Of a stretch of 64,000 bases of DNA, positions 61,830 through 64,000 are shown one piece after another. Source of the stretch: an uncultured Eubacteriales bacterium (lineage in GTDB: Bacteria; Bacillota; Clostridia; Christensenellales; Aristaeellaceae). The DNA lies in contig CADCFG010000004.1 of NCBI GenBank assembly GCA_902800625.1, positions 52,816 through 116,815 of the forward strand, written 5' to 3'. How positions within the stretch are numbered: the first letter of the stretch is position 1; each line of letters opens with the position of its first letter. The notes under the pieces are model-generated. The model did not search any database. It was not told the DNA's origin and saw nothing but the letters and a program-made list of their open reading frames with translations. The position numbers and the translations under genes are program-made.

Positions 61830-62786
61830 TTAAACTCCCAGCGGGTGATGGCACGCGCAGAAGCGGCCGTCGCCCAGGTCTTTAAGCTCCGGCTTTTCCG
61901 CGGCGCAGCGCTCGTCGGCAAAGGGGCAGCGCAGGTGGAACCGGCAGCCGCTGGGCGGGTTCACCGGGCTGGACACCTCGCCGGTCAGCAGCGCCCGCTC
62001 CTCGTTCCGGCGGGAGGGGTCGGGCTGGGGCACGGCGTCCAGCAGGAAGCGGGTGTAGGGGTGCCTCGGCGCGGCGTAGAGCGCTTCGGTGGGGGCCGTC
62101 TCGCACAGCTGGCCCAGGGACATCACCATCACCCGGTCGGACAGGTAGCGTACCACGTTCAGATCGTGGGAGATGAACAGGTAGGTCAGCCCCCGCTGGC
62201 GCTGCAGATCGCTGAGCAGGTTCAATATCTGCGCCTGGATGGACACGTCCAGCGCGCTGACCGGCTCGTCGCAGATGATCAGCCGCGGGTTTAGCGCCAG
62301 GGCCCTGGCGATGCCGATGCGCTGGCGCTGGCCGCCGGAGAACTGGTGGGGATAGCGGCTGTAGAACTCCGGCCGCAGGCCCACCTGCTCCATCAGGACG
62401 CGCACCATGTCCGCCCGCTCGGCGCGGCTGGCGCCGATATGGTGGGCGTTCAGCGGCTCCATGATGATCCTGCCCACGGACATGCGCGGGTCCAGGGAGG
62501 CGTAGGGGTCCTGGAAGATCATCTGCATGCCCCGGCGCAGCGCACGAAGCTCCTCGCCCCGCAGCGCGGACAGGTCCCGGCCGTCGAAAAACACCTTGCC
62601 GGAGGTGAGCGGGATCAGGTCCAGCACCAGCTTGCCCAGCGTGGACTTGCCGCAGCCGGATTCGCCCACCAGGCCCAGCGTCTCGCCCTCCTGGATGGCA
62701 AAGGAAACGTCGGACACCGCGTGGACCACGCCGCCCTTGACGGGGAATTCCTTTACGAGATGCTCGGCGCGCAGAAGCTCGCTCAT
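61830..62786 (-). CDS. oppF: Oligopeptide/dipeptide ABC transporter ATP-binding protein (OppF/DppF type)
   Basis: Start trimmed to [16 protein letters not shown]... Walker [10 protein letters not shown], signature FSGGQRQR, Cys-rich C-terminal Opp-type extension. ATGA overlap with the upstream gene. Confidence 0.85.
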   Translation of the reverse strand: MSELLRAEHLVKEFPVKGGVVHAVSDVSFAIQEGETLGLVGESGCGKSTLGKLVLDLIPLTSGKVFFDGRDLSALRGEELRALRRGMQMIFQDPYASLDPRMSVGRIIMEPLNAHHIGASRAERADMVRVLMEQVGLRPEFYSRYPHQFSGGQRQRIGIARALALNPRLIICDEPVSALDVSIQAQILNLLSDLQRQRGLTYLFISHDLNVVRYLSDRVMVMSLGQLCETAPTEALYAAPRHPYTRFLLDAVPQPDPSRRNEERALLTGEVSSPVNPPSGCRFHLRCPFADERCAAEKPELKDLGDGRFCACHHPLGV

Positions 62787-63784
62787 CAATCGATACCTCC
62801 CGGGGACCGTCCGTCGTCCTTTGGATAGAAGCAGCGGCACAGGTGCCCGCCGCCCAGGTCGTTAAGCTCCGGCTTTTCGCCGCGGCACTTCTCCGTGGCG
62901 AACTCGCACCGCGGCGAGAACCGGCAGCCCGAGGGCATGGCGCGCAGGTTGGGCACGGTGCCCCGGATGTTGTACAGCCGCTGGCCCTTGGGCGTCATGC
63001 GGGGCAGGGAGGCCATCAGCCCCCGGGTGTAGGGGTGGGCGCAGGCGTCAAACAGCGTCGCCACGTCCGCCCGCTCCACCACCTCTCCGGCATACATCAC
63101 GTATACCTCGTCACACATCTCCGCCACCACGCCCAGGTTGTGGGTGATGAGCAGTATGGACGTGCCGGTTTCCCGCTGAAGATCCCGCATCAGCCGCAGG
63201 ATCTGGGCCTCGATGGACACGTCCAGCGCCGTGGTGGGCTCGTCCGCGATCAACAGCGCCGGACGCATCACCATGGCCATGCCGATCATCACCCGCTGGC
63301 GCAGGCCGCCGGACAGCTGGTGGGGATAGCTGCCGAAGCGCCTTTCCGCCTCCGGAATGCCCACCTTCTCAAAGATCTCGATGGTGCGCGCCCTCGCTGA
63401 GCGGGCGTCCATGCCGCTGTGCAGGCGAAGCGCCTCGGATACCTGCCTGCCCACGGTGATCACCGGGTTCAAGCTGGTCATCGGCTCCTGGAAGATCATC
63501 GAAATGCGGTTGCCGCGGATCCTGCGCATTTCCCGGTCGGAAAGGCGCAGCAGGTCCTGTCCGCCGAACAGCGCTTCGCCAGATTCCACGCGCCCGTTGT
63601 TCGCCAGCAAGCCCATCACGGACAGGCTCGTCACGCTCTTGCCGCAGCCGGATTCGCCCACCAGGCCCACGGTCCTGCCCTCGGGAATGGCCAGGCTCAC
63701 GTTGCTCACGGCCATGGCCCGCTCCTTCACGCCGTCGGAGGCGAAGGACACGCATAAATCCTTGATTTCTAAAATATTGGACAT
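62786..63784 (-). CDS. oppD: Oligopeptide/dipeptide ABC transporter ATP-binding protein (OppD/DppD type)
   Basis: Start trimmed to [15 protein letters not shown]... Walker [10 protein letters not shown], signature LSGGLRQR, Walker [13 protein letters not shown]. Confidence 0.85.
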   Translation of the reverse strand: MSNILEIKDLCVSFASDGVKERAMAVSNVSLAIPEGRTVGLVGESGCGKSVTSLSVMGLLANNGRVESGEALFGGQDLLRLSDREMRRIRGNRISMIFQEPMTSLNPVITVGRQVSEALRLHSGMDARSARARTIEIFEKVGIPEAERRFGSYPHQLSGGLRQRVMIGMAMVMRPALLIADEPTTALDVSIEAQILRLMRDLQRETGTSILLITHNLGVVAEMCDEVYVMYAGEVVERADVATLFDACAHPYTRGLMASLPRMTPKGQRLYNIRGTVPNLRAMPSGCRFSPRCEFATEKCRGEKPELNDLGGGHLCRCFYPKDDGRSPGGID

Positions 63785-63801
63785 ACACACCCCGCACTCA
63801 C

Positions 63802-64000
63802 TCACGTCTTCATATACGGGTCGATGGCGTCCCGCAGGCCGTCGCCCAGGAAGTTGAACGCCATGACGGTGAACAGGATCGCCAGTCCCGGGGCCAGGAT
63901 CAGCCAGGGGCACATATAGGCATAATCCTTTCCCTGGCTGACCATCAGCCCCCAGGAGGCGGCGTTGGGGTCGCCCACGCCCAGGAAGCTCATGCTGCTC
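63802..64000 (-). CDS. Opp/Dpp-type ABC permease, C-terminal end only (the gene continues beyond the window)
   Basis: ...SWGLMVSQGKDYAYMCPWLILAPGLAILFTVMAFNFLGDGLRDAIDPYMKT* is a typical BPD-permease C-terminus. Confidence 0.7.
   Translation of the reverse strand, partial: SSMSFLGVGDPNAASWGLMVSQGKDYAYMCPWLILAPGLAILFTVMAFNFLGDGLRDAIDPYMKT

Overview
High-GC chromosomal window that looks monoderm and Clostridia-like: GGAGG-type RBSs, a secretin-less type IV pilus cluster and Cna-B/MBG surface-protein domains. I cannot assign taxonomy without a search.

Left part (1-13.2 kb, mostly minus strand):
- sbcC (partial) and sbcD
- a 7TM HD-GYP protein
- a two-gene plus-strand operon (unknown protein plus a TIM-barrel glycosidase-like protein)
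- an AT-rich islet carrying a decayed NUDIX gene
- rlmD with a small upstream ORF
- the ribosomal cluster rpsB-tsf-pyrH, interrupted by a second membrane HD-GYP gene

Centre (13.5-46.5 kb, all plus strand):
- one 20,010-nt ORF (6,669 aa) encoding a signal-peptide-bearing, anchorless surface protein. It contains an acidic Pro/Thr linker, MBG and Cna-B/SpaA-like domains, and five tandem cap-plus-parallel-beta-helix modules.
- directly downstream, four prepilin-type genes, one of which is an 841-aa modular pilin with GLUG repeats
- then PilB (with a tandem MshEN c-di-GMP-binding motif), PilT, PilC, a Cys-rich membrane protein, PilD, PilM, PilN-like and PilO-like genes, ending at a strong terminator

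Right part (46.5-64 kb):
- a MATE exporter
- a 64-aa Trp/Gly/Pro/Arg-rich peptide and a 139-aa unknown protein
- two secreted Big_2 proteins
- an XRE regulator
- a heterodimeric ABC exporter with one degenerate ATP site, preceded by a promoter, palindrome, 22-codon leader ORF and terminator (BmrB/BmrCD-like attenuator)
- a macro-domain protein, a small vWA protein and a zinc-ribbon/Pro-rich protein
- an M29 aminopeptidase and the Opp/Dpp-type ATPases plus a permease end

I found no rRNA, tRNA, CRISPR array, transposase or integrase. Many long ORFs in the track are antisense artefacts of the high GC content. The most interesting candidate system is the physical coupling of the giant anchorless beta-helix protein to a complete, retractile, probably c-di-GMP-gated type IV pilus machine that has a modular giant pilin.
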